Source: Eledone cirrhosa
Taxonomy: Eukaryota
Reading direction: 5' to 3'
Assembly (NCBI GenBank): GCA_964016885.1
Contig: OZ024748.1
Span: 25,978,001 to 26,042,000 of the forward strand
Length of the DNA stretch: 64,000 nt
Both the position numbers and the translations under genes were made by a program. Numbering within the stretch: the stretch's first letter is position 1; each line of letters opens with the position of its first letter. The notes beneath the pieces are model-generated. The model was not told where the DNA came from. It was given only the letters and a program-made list of their open reading frames with translations, and did no database searches. This document shows positions 45,601 through 59,811 of this stretch, piece after piece.

Positions 45601-48600
45601 ATTAGATGTACACTGTACTAGAATGTATGTATACTGTATTAGATGTACACTGTACTAGAATGTATGTATACTGTAGTAGATGTACACTGTACTAGAATGT
45701 ATGTATACTGTATTAGATGTACACTGTACTAGAATGTATGTATACTGTAGTAGATGTACACTGTACTAGAATGTATGTATACTGTATTAGATGTACACTG
45801 TACTAGAATGTATGTATACTGTATTAGATGTACACTGTACTAGAATGTATGTATACTGTATTAGATGTACACTGTACTAGAATGTATGTATACTGTAGTA
45901 GATGTACACTGTACTAGAATGTATGTATACTGTATTAGATGTACACTGTACTAGAATGTATGTATACTGTATTAGATGTACACTGTACTAGAATGTGTGT
46001 ATACTGTATTAGATGTACACTGTACTAGAATGTATGTATACTGTATTAGATGTACACTGTACTAGAATGTATGTATACTGTATTAGATGTACACTGTACT
46101 AGAATGTATGTATACTGTAGTAGATGTACACTGTACTAGAATGTATGTATACTGTATTAGATGTACACTGTACTAGAATGTATGTATACTGTAGTAGATG
46201 TACACTGTACTAGAATGTATGTATACTGTATTAGATGTACACTGTACTAGAATGTATGTATACTGTAGTAGATGTACACTGTACTAGAATGTATGTATAC
46301 TGTATTAGATGTACACTGTACTAGAATGTATGTATACTGTAGTAGATGTACACTGTACTAGAATGTATGTATACTGTATTAGATGTACACTGTACTAGAA
46401 TGTATGTATACTGTATTAGATGTACACTGTACTAGAATGTATGTATACTGTATTAGATGTACACTGTACTAGAATGTATGTATACTGTATTAGATGTACA
46501 CTGTACTAGAATGTATGTATACTGTATTAGATGTACACTGTACTAGAATGTATGTATACTGTATTAGATGTACACTGTACTAGAATGTATGTATACTGTA
46601 GTAGATGTACACTGTACTAGAATGTATGTATACTGTATTAGATGTACACTGTACTAGAATGTATGTATACTGTAGTAGATGTACACTGTACTAGAATGTA
46701 TGTATACTGTATTAGATGTACACTGTACTAGAATGTATGTATACTGTATTAGATGTACACTGTACTAGAATGTATGTATACTGTATTAGATGTACACTGT
46801 ACTAGAATGTGTGTATACTGTATTAGATGTACACTGTACTAGAATGTATGTATACTGTATTAGATGTACACTGTACTAGAATGTATGTATACTGTATTAG
46901 ATGTACACTGTACTAGAATGTATGTATACTGTATTAGATGTACACTGTACTAGAATGTATGTATACTGTATTAGATGTACACTGTACTAGAATGTATGTA
47001 TACTGTATTAGATGTACACTGTACTAGAATGTATGTATACTGTAGTAGATGTACACTGTACTAGAATGTATGTATACTGTAGTAGATGTACACTGTACTA
47101 GAATGTATGTATACTGTATTATATGTACACTGTACTAGAATGTATGTATACTGTAGTAGATGTACACTGTACTAGAATGTATGTATACTGTATTAGATGT
47201 ACACTGTACTAGAATGTATGTATACTGTATTAGATGTACACTGTACTAGAATGTATGTATACTGTAGTAGATGTACACTGTACTAGAATGTATGTATACT
47301 GTATTAGATGTACACTGTACTAGAATGTATGTATACTGTATTAGATGTACACTGTACTAGAATGTATGTATACTGTATTAGATGTACACTGTACTAGAAT
47401 GTATGTATACTGTAGTAGATGTACACTGTACTAGAATGTATGTATACTGTAGTAGATGTACACTGTACTAGAATGTATGTATACTGTATTAGATGTACAC
47501 TGTACTAGAATGTATGTATACTGTATTAGATGTACACTGTACTAGAATGTATGTATACTGTAGTAGATGTACACTGTACTAGAATGTATGTATACTGTAT
47601 TAGATGTACACTGTACTAGAATGTATGTATACTGTATTAGATGTACACTGTACTAGAATGTATGTATACTGTATTAGATGTACACTGTACTAGAATGTAT
47701 GTATACTGTATTAGATGTACACTGTACTAGAATGTATGTATACTGTATTAGATGTACACTGTACTAGAATGTATGTATACTGTATTAGATGTACACTGTA
47801 CTAGAATGTATGTATACTGTATTAGATGTACACTGTACTAGAATGTATGTATACTGTATTAGATGTACACTGTACTAGAATGTATGTATACTGTATTAGA
47901 TGTACACTGTACTAGAATGTATGTATACTGTAGTAGATGTACACTGTACTAGAATGTATGTATACTGTATTAGATGTACACTGTACTAGAATGTATGTAT
48001 ACTGTAGTAGATGTACACTGTACTAGAATGTATGTATACTGTATTAGATGTACACTGTACTAGAATGTATGTATACTGTATTAGATGTACACTGTACTAG
48101 AATGTATGTATACTGTATTAGATGTACACTGTACTAGAATGTATGTATACTGTATTAGATGTACACTGTACTAGAATGTATGTATACTGTATTAGATGTA
48201 CACTGTACTAGAATGTATGTATACTGTATTAGATGTACACTGTACTAGAATGTATGTATACTGTATTAGATGTACACTGTACTAGAATGTATGTATACTG
48301 TATTAGATGTACACTGTACTAGAATGTATGTATACTGTATTAGATGTACACTGTACTAGAATGTATGTATACTGTATTAGATGTACACTGTACTAGAATG
48401 TATGTATACTGTAGTAGATGTACACTGTACTAGAATGTATGTATACTGTAGTAGATGTACACTGTACTAGAATGTATGTATACTGTATTAGATGTACACT
48501 GTACTAGAATGTATGTATACTGTAGTAGATGTACACTGTACTAGAATGTATGTATACTGTATTAGATGTACACTGTACTAGAATGTATGTATACTGTAGT

Positions 48601-48900
48601 AGATGTACACTGTACTAGAATGTATGTATACTGTATTAGATGTACACTGTACTAGAATGTATGTATACTGTATTAGATGTACACTGTACTAGAATGTATG
48701 TATACTGTATTAGATGTACACTGTACTAGAATGTATGTATACTGTAGTAGATGTACACTGTACTAGAATGTATGTATACTGTAGTAGATGTACACTGTAC
48801 TAGAATGTATGTATACTGTAGTAGATGTACACTGTACTAGAATGTATGTATACTGTATTAGATGTACACTGTACTAGAATGTATGTATACTGTATTAGAT
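42621..48900. repeat. 37-bp tandem satellite (agatgtacactgtactagaatgtatgtatactgtakt), ~170 units
   Basis: Visible 37-bp period, very homogeneous, with essentially one T/G dimorphic site. Confidence 0.98.
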
Positions 48901-49629
48901 TGTGTCTTCTGTACCTCCATTTAAAAAATACCCGATGACGACTGGCGATTACACCGATGGAATCGTTATGCAGTTTGTAAATATTATAAAATACTTTTTC
49001 CATCTCTAAAGACGAGCTTAATGGTCCGAAAAATGTTATAATCTTTTTTCAAATGTTGGCTGAGGAATGCCTCTATATTTAATTATGCTGGAATATTTGT
49101 TATATACAAATAGAAGTTTAGTGTTGTATTTTATCACATTTAAAGTGCTATTGTTTCAATGAAAAATGCAAACAATATATTTACTTGAAAAATGCTTCGT
49201 TTTAATATTCGTAATCGTACGCATATCTAAAAAAAAAAAAAAAAAAATTAATCAACTAAAATAGAAAACAACTTTAAATATTCTAATAATAATCATTTTT
49301 TAATTAAAAAATAATTTTTAATAATTATTTGGGGCTGGTTCTGACCGAATCTCTAATATTCGAAACAAAAATGCGAAAATGTTTTTTTTAAAGCACGATA
49401 AATGAAAACATTTAAAAGAGAGTGTAGTGTTTAAAATTCCACATTCTTGCCATAGATTTACAACAAAGGGTAGAGTTGGAAACATATTAATGCGTTTCTA
49501 GCTTGCGTGTGATTTGCATTTTGCACTATGGCGCCTAGCCACAGCCACGCCCTGTTTTTAATACACCATAAATTGATAGTAATAATATATAATAATAATA
49601 ATCAATAATTGATATATATATATATTAGT

Positions 49630-49850
49630 AAATGATAAAGGAAAGAAAGAAGGAAAAAGAAGAAAAAGGGGGAGGCGGGGCAGTTCACCTCCAAGTGCGA
49701 CAATCGGCAACACCTCACACCTTGGATGTTAATTGTACACTTTCAAGCAAGCCAACACGCTTGCCGATTGTCGCACTTGGTGGTAAATCCCCCCCTCCCC
49801 TTTTTTTTCTTCTTCTTTTTCCTTTCTTTCCTTTATTCTTTTTCTTCATG
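49630..49850. repeat. Imperfect inverted repeat (MITE-like) with perfect 20-bp inner arms
   Basis: ccaagtgcgacaatcggcaa (49690-49709) / ttgccgattgtcgcacttgg (49761-49780), with complementary purine-rich and pyrimidine-rich flanks. Confidence 0.7.
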
Positions 49851-50739
49851 ATTTTATATTTGTTATTTATGTAAATATATATTTAAAACATATTTGCAAC
49901 GTTATTCTACTGTAAATTTATACAACTGTAATAAAATATTTAGTAAATAATATAATGGATATATTGAGACGGGCAATCTTTTTTTCTTCTTCTTTTTCAC
50001 GTCTATCAAATTGACATTTCTTGAATTTAGTTCTACACTTTCACTTTTATCAATATCAGCAGCAACTATATTTTTGTCAAAGTGAAAGTGAAACGCTAAA
50101 CTCAAATCGTCAATTTTGGTTTGTTTGGACATGCGTACTAATTACATCACGTAACTTATTGACTTTTGGGTGGGGATAGTATTGTTTGAAAATTAAAGAA
50201 ATAAACCCCATGAAGTGGGATGGCTGTTGCAGCGGGTGTCTCTGGCCATTCTCCATGGTAATGGCCATGCTATTTTGTCCGCGAGGCGCAGCCGAAACAC
50301 TGCTCAGACTGGGGCTATGTTGCATAGTTCCTTAGTTCTGGTTTCCCACTTTTTAAAATTCCCTTTAACAGTGTATTTTGTTTTTGAATGAAGAGGTAGT
50401 TCAAATGAAAGTAGGTGATGGATAGAGGAATGAACTGATCACAAGGTATTTAAATTCAAGTCTTGCGTGTCCCATCGGCGATCTTTGGCTATATAGCGTT
50501 CCACTTTCACTTCGTTTCTTGTGTAGCTCCCTTCGTTTCATTCATCGTCGACTCGTTAGAAATACATTATTATTTAAGGTCATTGTTAGTTGTTGTTTTT
50601 TTTTATATTTTCAAGATGTATTAGTAGGATATGAATGGCGTCATTTCACAATGCTTGGTTTTCATATGAAAATGCATTAAAAAACAACAAAACAAATATT
50701 GTTTCAAGAATTATGGCCCGATTGTATGGGTGGGGGGTG

Positions 50740-51060
50740 GGGTGGCAGAAAGAAGGCTCAAGCAACGAAAGACAGGGAGAGGGACAGTCACTACACCCCA
50801 GTCTGAGCCGTGGCTCAGCTACGCACCACGGACAAAACGGCAAAGTCGTTACCGCGTAGAATGGCCAAAGACACCCGCTGCAACGGGGTTCCCTCCTCAA
50901 GTGAGCCGGCGTCCTTCCGGCTTTATGGAAGAAATCAGCAGTGCGGAAACCAAGGACGTCAGAGGTCTCGGCGAAGACCGGTTGGTCAGGCTCCGGCATT
51001 GCGGGCAACGGAGCCCGTGTTTTGGCCGGAGCGACTAGGTTGGAGGCGGAGAACGAGTGA
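50740..51060 (+). mobile_element. Possible degraded LINE 3' coding fragment
   Basis: A GC-rich island whose peptides are only loosely reminiscent of RTE C-termini (WLSY..R, ERLGWRR). Confidence 0.25.
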
Positions 51061-51299
51061 ATCGATGCGCGTCGCGTCTATTCCTTGGTCGCCACCTGCC
51101 AAATGAAATAGATTTGTCGTAGAACCTGTAGTAATAGCGGCGACACCCGGCGTTCTTGCACCCCTCTTCTCTCCCCCCGGATCAACCCCCTACCCACTGC
51201 TATCAGGGGTGGGGGGAGCTGGCCATCCGGAGGAATGAGCTCTGCCAGTTAGAATGACTATTCCAATACGTCTCCCTCACTATCCCCCGGGGTAACGTT

Positions 51300-51400
51300 T
51301 TCTCAATTCTGTCTTGCTTTGGCACCAGGGTTTGGCTTATGCCAACCTACTGTTTCTGGCTTGGTTTCTACAGCTGGATGCCCTTCCAGATGCCAACCAC
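51300..51400 (-). mobile_element. SINE/RTE-related repeat segment (ggttggcatctggaagggcatccagctgtagaaac)
   Basis: Motif recalled as a common interspersed repeat; it runs directly into the 45-bp array. Confidence 0.5.
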
Positions 51401-53003
51401 ATTTACTGTGTGTGCTCAGTGCTTTTTGTAACACCCACACGACCACTTTACAGTGTGTGCTAGGTACATTTTGTGACACCCACACGACCACTTTACAGTG
51501 TGTGCTAGGTACATTTTGTGACACCCACACGACCACTTTGCAGTGTGTGCTAGGTACATTTTGTTGTGACACCCACACGACCACTTTGCAGTGTGTGCTA
51601 GGTACATTTTGTGATACCCACACGTCCACTTTACAGTGTGTGCTAGGTACATTTTGTGATACCCACACGTCCACTTTACAGTGTGTGCTAGGTACATTTT
51701 GTAACACCCACACGACCACTTTACAGTGTGTGCTAGGTACATTTTGTGACACCCACACGTCCACTTTGCAGTGTGTGCTAGGTACATTTTGTGACACCCA
51801 CACGACCACTTTACAGTGTGTGCTAGGTACATTTTGTGACACCCACACGACCACTTTGCAGTGTGTGCTAGGTACATTTTGTGACACCCACACGTCCACT
51901 TTACAGTGTGTGCTAGGTACATTTTGTTGTGACACCCACACGACCACTTTGCAATGTGTGCTAGGTACATTTTGTGATACCCACACGTCCACTTTACAGT
52001 GTGTGCTAGGTACATTTTGTTGTGACACCCACACGACCACTTTGCAATGTGTGCTAGGTACATTTTGTGACACCCACACGTCCACTTTACAGTGTGTGCT
52101 AGGTACATTTTGTTGTGACACCCACACGACCACTTTGCAATGTGTGCTAGGTACATTTTGTGATACCCACACGTCCACTTTACAGTGTGTGCTAGGTACA
52201 TTTTGTAACACCCACACGACCACTTTACAGTGTGTGCTAGGTACATTTTGTGACACCCACACGACCACTTTGCAGTGTGTGCTAGGTACATTTTGTGACA
52301 CCCACACGACCACTTTACAGTGTGTGCTAGGTACATTTTGTGATACCCACACGTCCACTTTACAGTGTGTGCTAGGTACATTTTGTGACACCCACACGAC
52401 CACTTTACAGTGTGTGCTAGGTACATTTTGTGACACCCACACGTCCACTTTACAGTGTGTGCTAGGTACATTTTGTGACACCCACACGACCACTTTGCAG
52501 TGTGTGCTAGGTACATTTTGTGACACCCACACGACTACTTTACAGTGTGTGCTAGGTACATTTTGTGACACCCACACGACCACTTTGCAGTGTGTGCTAG
52601 GTACATTTTGTGACACCCACACGTCCACTTTGCAGTGTGTGCTAGGTACATTTTGTGACACCCACACGTCCACTTTACAGTGTGTGCTAGGTACATTTTG
52701 TGACACCCACACGACTACTTTACAGTGTGTGCTAGGTACATTTTGTGACACCCACACGACCACTTTGCAGTGTGTGCTAGGTACATTTTGTGACACCCAC
52801 ACGACCACTTTACAGTGTGTGCTAGGTACATTTTGTGACACCCACACGACCACTTTACAGTGTGTGCTAGGTACATTTTGTGACACCCACACGTCCACTT
52901 TGCAGTGTGTGCTAGGTACTTTTTGTGACACCCACACGTCCACTTTGCAGTGTGTGCTAGGTACTTTTTGTTGTGACACCTTACACGACCACTTTACAGT
53001 GTA
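51398..53003. repeat. 45-bp minisatellite (some 48-bp units), ~35 copies
   Basis: Unit ccactttacagtgtgtgctaggtacattttgtgacacccacacga. Confidence 0.97.
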
Positions 53004-55582
53004 ACGATGGTGTGAACAGAAGTGGGTGGGAGGCGTGTGTGTATAAAAGAAATTGGCTTTGTTCAGGCATGGAGGGGGGAATGGGCGCTTCGCCAGGCGT
53101 AAAAAACTACCCAAGAAACACTGCATGACAATACAGCACACGATTCCACCAGGATTTATGGGTTCATACATACATTTATGTTTTATTTATACTAGCTTTG
53201 ACAAAATCAAAGTGGATCGCTATAGTCAAGTATCGTTCATCCTATTTTTTTCAGGGTGGCATTAACTAATGTATCCTCTCCTTCCGCTTCCTCCTTTTTT
53301 TTAAGATGATTGATTTGGTTGTTATTTCTAGCAGGCGGAGTGGCTGCGTAGAGGCTTCCTCTTCTGTTTATGTATGGAGATGCAAACTATTTACACAGTA
53401 CGACTTTTGTTTTGTTTTTAGTGTTTAGCGAGTGAGGGAATTGACTCGCATGATTATATTATTATGTCTGGCTGAATTCCATATCTAGCTTAGTGAAATT
53501 CCTATATTTTGTAGATATTTTGATGATATACCGTGGGGAGAAATATATCTTGGTCAATGATACTTCTTGAAATATCAAAAGATTATACTCCTTACAACTA
53601 TACAAGAGAGAGGAGAGGGGTTAATTCTTGGTGGAGTCGTAGAGGCGTCGTCCTGACATATTCGAACCCTGCTTAGGAATTTTAAACCTGGCGGAACCCA
53701 TCCTATCCCATTCCATGTCAGAACGCAGTCGATAAGATAGAGATAGGGGAAGAATCCACTTCAGTATTAGGCTGGTACTTTATCTATCGACCACGAAAAT
53801 ATAAAAAGGCGCGGTTGACTTCGGCCAAAATTTGAGCTCAAAATACCGAAGCATTTTTAATCCGACTCCCTAGCGACTCTGCCAACTCGTCGCTTTTATT
53901 GAATACAAACTTCATGGAATGACTATATGTGTCTTTTTTACAGTTGCCAACTTGTTGCTAGTATCATAACTAATAAGAGGTCAGTTTCTTCCAGCGTGAA
54001 CATGAAATGTAGTGCCTTACTCGAGAACACAACGGGTTGGTCGGTCCTGGGAGCTTACGATCGTGAGAACAACTTAACCACTAGGCTATTCGCCAGCACA
54101 CACACACACAATAGGAATTTATCGTCGTCATCATTGCCCCAAATCAACTTGGACTTTCGTCCTCCTGCGCTGGATGATAAACTTCTTCCCGACGCAATCG
54201 ATCCATTGCTGTCAAGTGTTCTTCGATCTGACCCCCCTTTTTCGTTTGAATCTTGTTCCGATCAACTTTGTGGTAACCATTAATTCGATTTTGGAAGGGC
54301 TTTGTACAGAATGCATAGAAATCGTGTAGAAGATGGCCAGAGAAAATTCTACATTTGTGTTATATATATAATGTGTGTGTTTGAAGACAGTATATTACTG
54401 GTATTTATTCTTTTATTTAATTCGAAAAGACAAAAGCAAAATCTATTCAAAAAAATTCGACAACAAAATTGAATAGAAAATAAACCTAGTTCGTTTTTGT
54501 AGAATTTTTCATTTTAAAAAAAAAATTGTTTTTGTTTTGTGTAAGTTTTTCTTTTGTCTCTTTTCAAATCTGATACAAAAATAAATAAATAAAATAAACA
54601 CCAAAGTGTTTTTTAGTCGCCGCCCAGATTGATGGCCGTTAAACGAAATATTAACGGCAGTTTGACAAATTGAAAGCCGATTTCCTATATTTAAATATCA
54701 ACAACGTTTGCTGACATAAAAGAACATAACTAGTTTCCTCCGATTCTGTTTCCATTCTTGTAATTTTTTTTTTTCATTTCACTTATGGGGGGGATTTTCT
54801 TTGAGAAAGGACTTTTTTTAATTTTTGTTTTTGGTTGAATCTTATTTTACATTGTAAAAAAAAAAAGGTAACATTGAGATGACCCGTTATTGACGCTGAT
54901 CGAACTCGGGAAAAACACTGGTCGATTATTGATCGCATGATTGTACCAGGCATATGTTTATTCTCAGATGGTTGGGCTTCATTTATGGTATTAGAAGAAT
55001 GAGATTAAACATGTGCCTGCTAGAATCCAATTATTAATAATCTCCAAGTACTTTCACCATTTTTGCAACCTAAAATAAGATTCAACCCTTTCTTTTGGCT
55101 ACATTAACCGATACACTGCTTGACTAAACTAAAATACAGTTCCTTTGTCAAAGTATCGGCAACTCTCTGATAGGTTTGTGGTTGAGTAATGGGGACTTCT
55201 GGCGTCCCCCGGGACCACATACCTACTCACTGTTATCGGGACAGTTGACCCCCGGACCACATCCCTACTCACTGTTATCGGGGGCTGAGTTGGTTACTCG
55301 CAAGAGCAAGTTCCATGAAGTGAAATAGTTTCTTGCCAGTGGAGACTTCCGGCGATATTGCCCCCGGACCCTACTCACTACTATCGGGATGGGGTTGCTG
55401 TTCCAGGGCAATGTCTTCTCCAACCTGTCCGTCAGGACCACGAGGTGGACTGACCCTTAAACGGTAATAAATACAGATCTCCCCCCCCCTCCCTCTCTCA
55501 CACACACACGTTCTCAATTGTGAGTAATTTTTAAAATTGAGTTTTATATTTAATCTTGTCTTACGATCTTCAATCTTTCTTG

Positions 55583-55640
55583 GTTGACTATACTCTGCAT
55601 TAGTTGACTATACTCTGCATTAGTTGACTATACTCTGCAT
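55583..55640. repeat. 20-bp tandem repeat x3 (gttgactatactctgcatta)
   Basis: Directly visible. Confidence 0.9.
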
Positions 55641-56782
55641 ACACACTCCAGAAGTATGAGTTCATGCCTGTCATAGAATTCATTATTAAGGTTGACTTTG
55701 CCTTTCATCCTTACGGGGTCGATAAAATAAAGTACCAGTAATGCACTGGGTGATTGCTGGCCTTGTGCCAAAAGTAGAAACAATTACCTTATGATGATGA
55801 TGAAAACTGTTGTTTTATTGCTGTTTTATGACGATGACTACAACTGTTTTATTACTGTTTCATGAGTAGAAACAATTATTATTGTTATTTTTAAGGTGGT
55901 GAATTAACAGTAATCGGTAGAGCGTCGGACAACCTGCTTTGTGGCATATAGTTACGGCCCTTTACGTTCGTTATTGAAATTCTGCTAAGGTTAACGTTGC
56001 CTTTCATTCTTACATGGTCGATAAAATAAAGTACCAGTAACGCACTGGTGCCGATCTAATCGATTTTCCCTTCCCCTTCAAATTACTGGCACGACCATGT
56101 ATTAGCTGTCAGAAGTGAAAGTAGGCGAAGGTGGTAGTGCCAAATTACTTACCTTGTGCCAAATATAGAAACAATCATTATTGTTATTTTGATGTAAGAA
56201 ATCATTAGGGTTCGAAATCCTATCAACGTTGTTGATATTGTCTTTTAATACAGCACAGATGACGGAACACAAGCCAGCATCCTTTCCAATATGTTGGCTG
56301 ACACTATATATAAGTACAGTGGTTCCCAACCTTTTCACTATGAAAGAACCCCGTTTTGTTTAAATGAATTTTCCCGCCGGCATTGACAGAAGACTGTGTC
56401 TGTTCGTTTTCCTCTCGGTGGCTAGCTGCGACTCAACAGTTTTCAATCTCAGAAAAAGAGAGAAAAGAAAAGCATGAACAGTGAAATAGTCTTTTATAAA
56501 TAAATCGTTATTTTATCACTGTCAGTCCAATAGAAAAAAAGTGTGGGAAATATAATTTTTTTTATTGGTTTAGCTCATTTTTATTTATGTATAATGTGCG
56601 AAGTGTAATAATTGTTTCTACTTTTGGCACAAGGCCAGCAAATACCCAGTGCATTACTGGTACTTTATTTTATCGACCCCGTAAGGATGAAAGGCAAAGT
56701 TAACCTCGACGGGATTTGAACTCAGACCGTAATAATAGCAGGTTGACTTATGAGAAATCCTTCCACGTCAATGAAACACATT

Positions 56783-56858
<76 letters not shown>

Positions 56859-57252
56859 GCGCGGATCAGCAGCGCTACCCACGGTTTCAAAGCCCAGTTT
56901 TTACCACGCCTCCAGAATATGAGGGATCAAAATTGTGGCCCTAACTTCAAGGGTTTATACGAGTTTCTCTCTCTGTGGAGGTGCGTGGTTTGGATGGTCA
57001 GCTCACGATCGTAACTTGTTGAGTTCGATACTCGACGATGCGTTGTTACATTTGTCAGCTGTATATACAGGGGCCGAAACACTTACATGAGGGTGAGTGG
57101 TGGGTCTTCTCTGAAGACCTTCTGCTGTCTAGCTCTCTTGACAGTTTCTTACCACTGGGGCAAGGTGAAATAAAATATTTTGCTCAAGGACACAACGCGT
57201 TGCCAGCAATCGAACTCTCTAACCACGCGTGTGTGTGTGTGTGTGTGAGAGG

Positions 57253-57289
<37 letters not shown>

Positions 57290-58156
57290 CTAGCTTTCTA
57301 ATGTATATATAATGAAAACAACTTGCCGAGGCTCGTGTCATTGTTCGTGGCTCCATTTATGGACATGTCAGATGATAATTATGGCGAGGGTGGTTAGTTA
57401 TTCCAGCGCTTTAGCCGCGTTATCACCCGCAATAGTCTGTTAGCTTGCTTTAAAAATACCAGAGAGAAACTCCAGCGCCCCTTGTGGCGTATGACGAATA
57501 ATAAATACAAAAACCAAAATCCAGAGGGGCCTCGATAAGGGTTGTATATAAATAAGCCCGTAGAGCAAATATTTATTATCACAGATTGTTTCACAAAATC
57601 CCGCTTTAGGGTGAAAGCAGAAATTATTTGCTTAAACTTTTAATTTGTGCTGATAATTTTCTACTTTAGGCACAAGGTCAGCAATTTGAAGGAGGGGGGG
57701 GGGGTCGATTACTGGTGCTTTATTTTATCGGAAATTTGTAATAAATTGGAGTGGAAACTAACAGGTGCGCGTGTTTTTATTGGCAGCATGGCCCTCCCAA
57801 AGTATAACAATATCTCTTTCAACACGTTTTGAGATAAGAAATCTTGCAAAACAAATACAAAAAAGTATCTATATATATATTGTGTTCATTTGTATGCATA
57901 ATTATGTGTAATAAAAATGGAAGTTATGTTTGCAGTGCACAATTAAGATGGATGGAGGATGCTTTCAAAAGTAGCACTTTGTTATGAATTGTGATACTTA
58001 AACACTCATTCCTAAATATAATCACAATCTCCCAACTATGCACTTATTCAGCCAGATCACCCACCTCTTCTCCACACACGCACACACTCTCTCTGCAGAA
58101 ATTGTCCATGTACTTGTCTCTTTCGCGTTTTTCTGATTCCCATATTTCTCCCACGT

Positions 58157-58232
<76 letters not shown>

Positions 58233-58424
58233 GCTAAATCTACCAAAATGTACGGTAGTGTCCAATCCGTATGAAGAACTCAATGTAATCCGAATATCAT
58301 GAAAAGAGATGTATTCAAAAACATTTTTTTATTTTCTTTTTATAAAAACAAAGAGGGTGTGGTAAGGACCATAACGCACCAGAGTACTCGATACTTGGGG
58401 TAGTAGAGTGGGTAATATGAAAAT

Positions 58425-58529
58425 ATTCAGGACCCCGACGGTTGAGCTCCGGCCGTTTCGACAGCTAGATCCGAACTAAAAGTTCCAGCAGTCAAAACGG
58501 CCGGAGCTCATCCGTCGGGGTCCTGAATC
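58425..58529. repeat. Family B short fold-back (3' half of the hammerhead in both orientations)
   Basis: attcaggaccccgacgg..ggccgtttcgac / gtcaaaacggcc..ccgtcggggtcctgaat. Confidence 0.8.
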
Positions 58530-58869
58530 TCATTATATATATATATATATATATATATAAGCAAAAGGATATTCAATTTGTTGGTAATTCAACAAATATA
58601 AATGTTTATAACTGATTCAGAGCACTCGACAAGTTTTCTGGAGTATAATATAATATTCAATGATATTAAATAAACTGACTATCCAAGAAAAACTTAAACC
58701 GTTAAGGTATCTTTTCTTGGTTATGTCAACATTTATAAAACAAACTTTGTATTTTATCTGATGATAGCGTACAAAGTTTTGGTACCCTTAAAATATATAT
58801 AATAGAATAAATATAGTTTCCATTTATTTAATATCATTGTATATATATATATATATATTCAGAAAATGT

Positions 58870-59141
58870 AAGAGAAACACAAACATAAGGACAATTTCCG
58901 CTCTTCGGCTGTCTGCTGTGGGTCGAGACAGTAGTGTTTCCCCCCTCTCTATCGATATGTTTTTTTTTTCTGTCGTTCTCTTCGCTATCGTTTTTGTTTT
59001 GTTTTGTTTCCTGCCCTAATAACTACCTCTTAGTTACTAACGCACTATGGTGAGATGTACTGTCTTTAATGCGTCGAAACATCAGCGACCCACACCAGAC
59101 AGCTGAAGAGCGGGAATTGTCCTTATGTTTGTGTTTCTCTT
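58870..59141. repeat. Inverted repeat, ~55-bp arms (58870-58925 / 59086-59141)
   Basis: agagaaacacaaacataaggacaatttccgctcttcggctgtctg and its reverse complement. The right arm contains CTGAAGA, but no complete hammerhead was found. Confidence 0.75.
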
Positions 59142-59207
59142 TTCTAAACCAATATTTATTAGTAATCACAGTCTCACTTTATCACTTTATATGTATATAT
59201 ATATATT

Positions 59208-59413
59208 TAGTCACTGAATGTGTGACGAAAGAGCTTTGACGATATATAAACACCCATCCGGTTATCGAACCAACCAACTGAAAATTTATAATAAACTGAA
59301 GTGAAATCCAAACAAGGGCATGTGTTTTTATTGGCAGCATGACCCTCCCAAAGTATAACAATATATGTTTCAACACGTTTTCAGATACATTTTAAAAAAC
59401 AAATTCAAAAACG
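59208..59413 (+). mobile_element. Diverged family C (PLE1-type) 3' fragment ending in (TA)n; another copy at ~57735-57870
   Basis: Shares ttattggcagcatgaccctcccaaagtataacaata with the PLE1 end. The hammerhead core is partly deleted. Confidence 0.75.
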
Positions 59414-59534
59414 ATATATATATATATATATATATATAATGTGTGTGTGTGTGAAATGATATATCACTTCCACCAACCGTGAACCTAATATAACTGTGTA
59501 CAATTGCCTCTTGTGTTTTATTCGTTCATTTTCA

Positions 59535-59582
<48 letters not shown>

Positions 59583-59647
59583 ATGTGTGTGTGTATTAAG
59601 TATTTCCGTAGAAAAGGTAAAGGAAAGAAGAGTGCTCTATGTATAAA

Positions 59648-59721
59648 TATTTCATCTGATGAGCGTACTGGACGTTTCTGTTAAGATCGTCTAGTTTTCT
59701 GAAACCTTTGGTAATGAAATA
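59648..59721 (+). ncRNA. Minimal hammerhead ribozyme (family E)
   Basis: tatttcat-CTGATGA-..actggacg..cgtctagt..-GAAA-cctttgg-TA-atgaaata. Stem I is a perfect 8 bp; the base of stem II is imperfect. Confidence 0.6.
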
Positions 59722-59745
59722 ATTATATTGTGTTGTTTATTTTGT

Positions 59746-59811
<66 letters not shown>

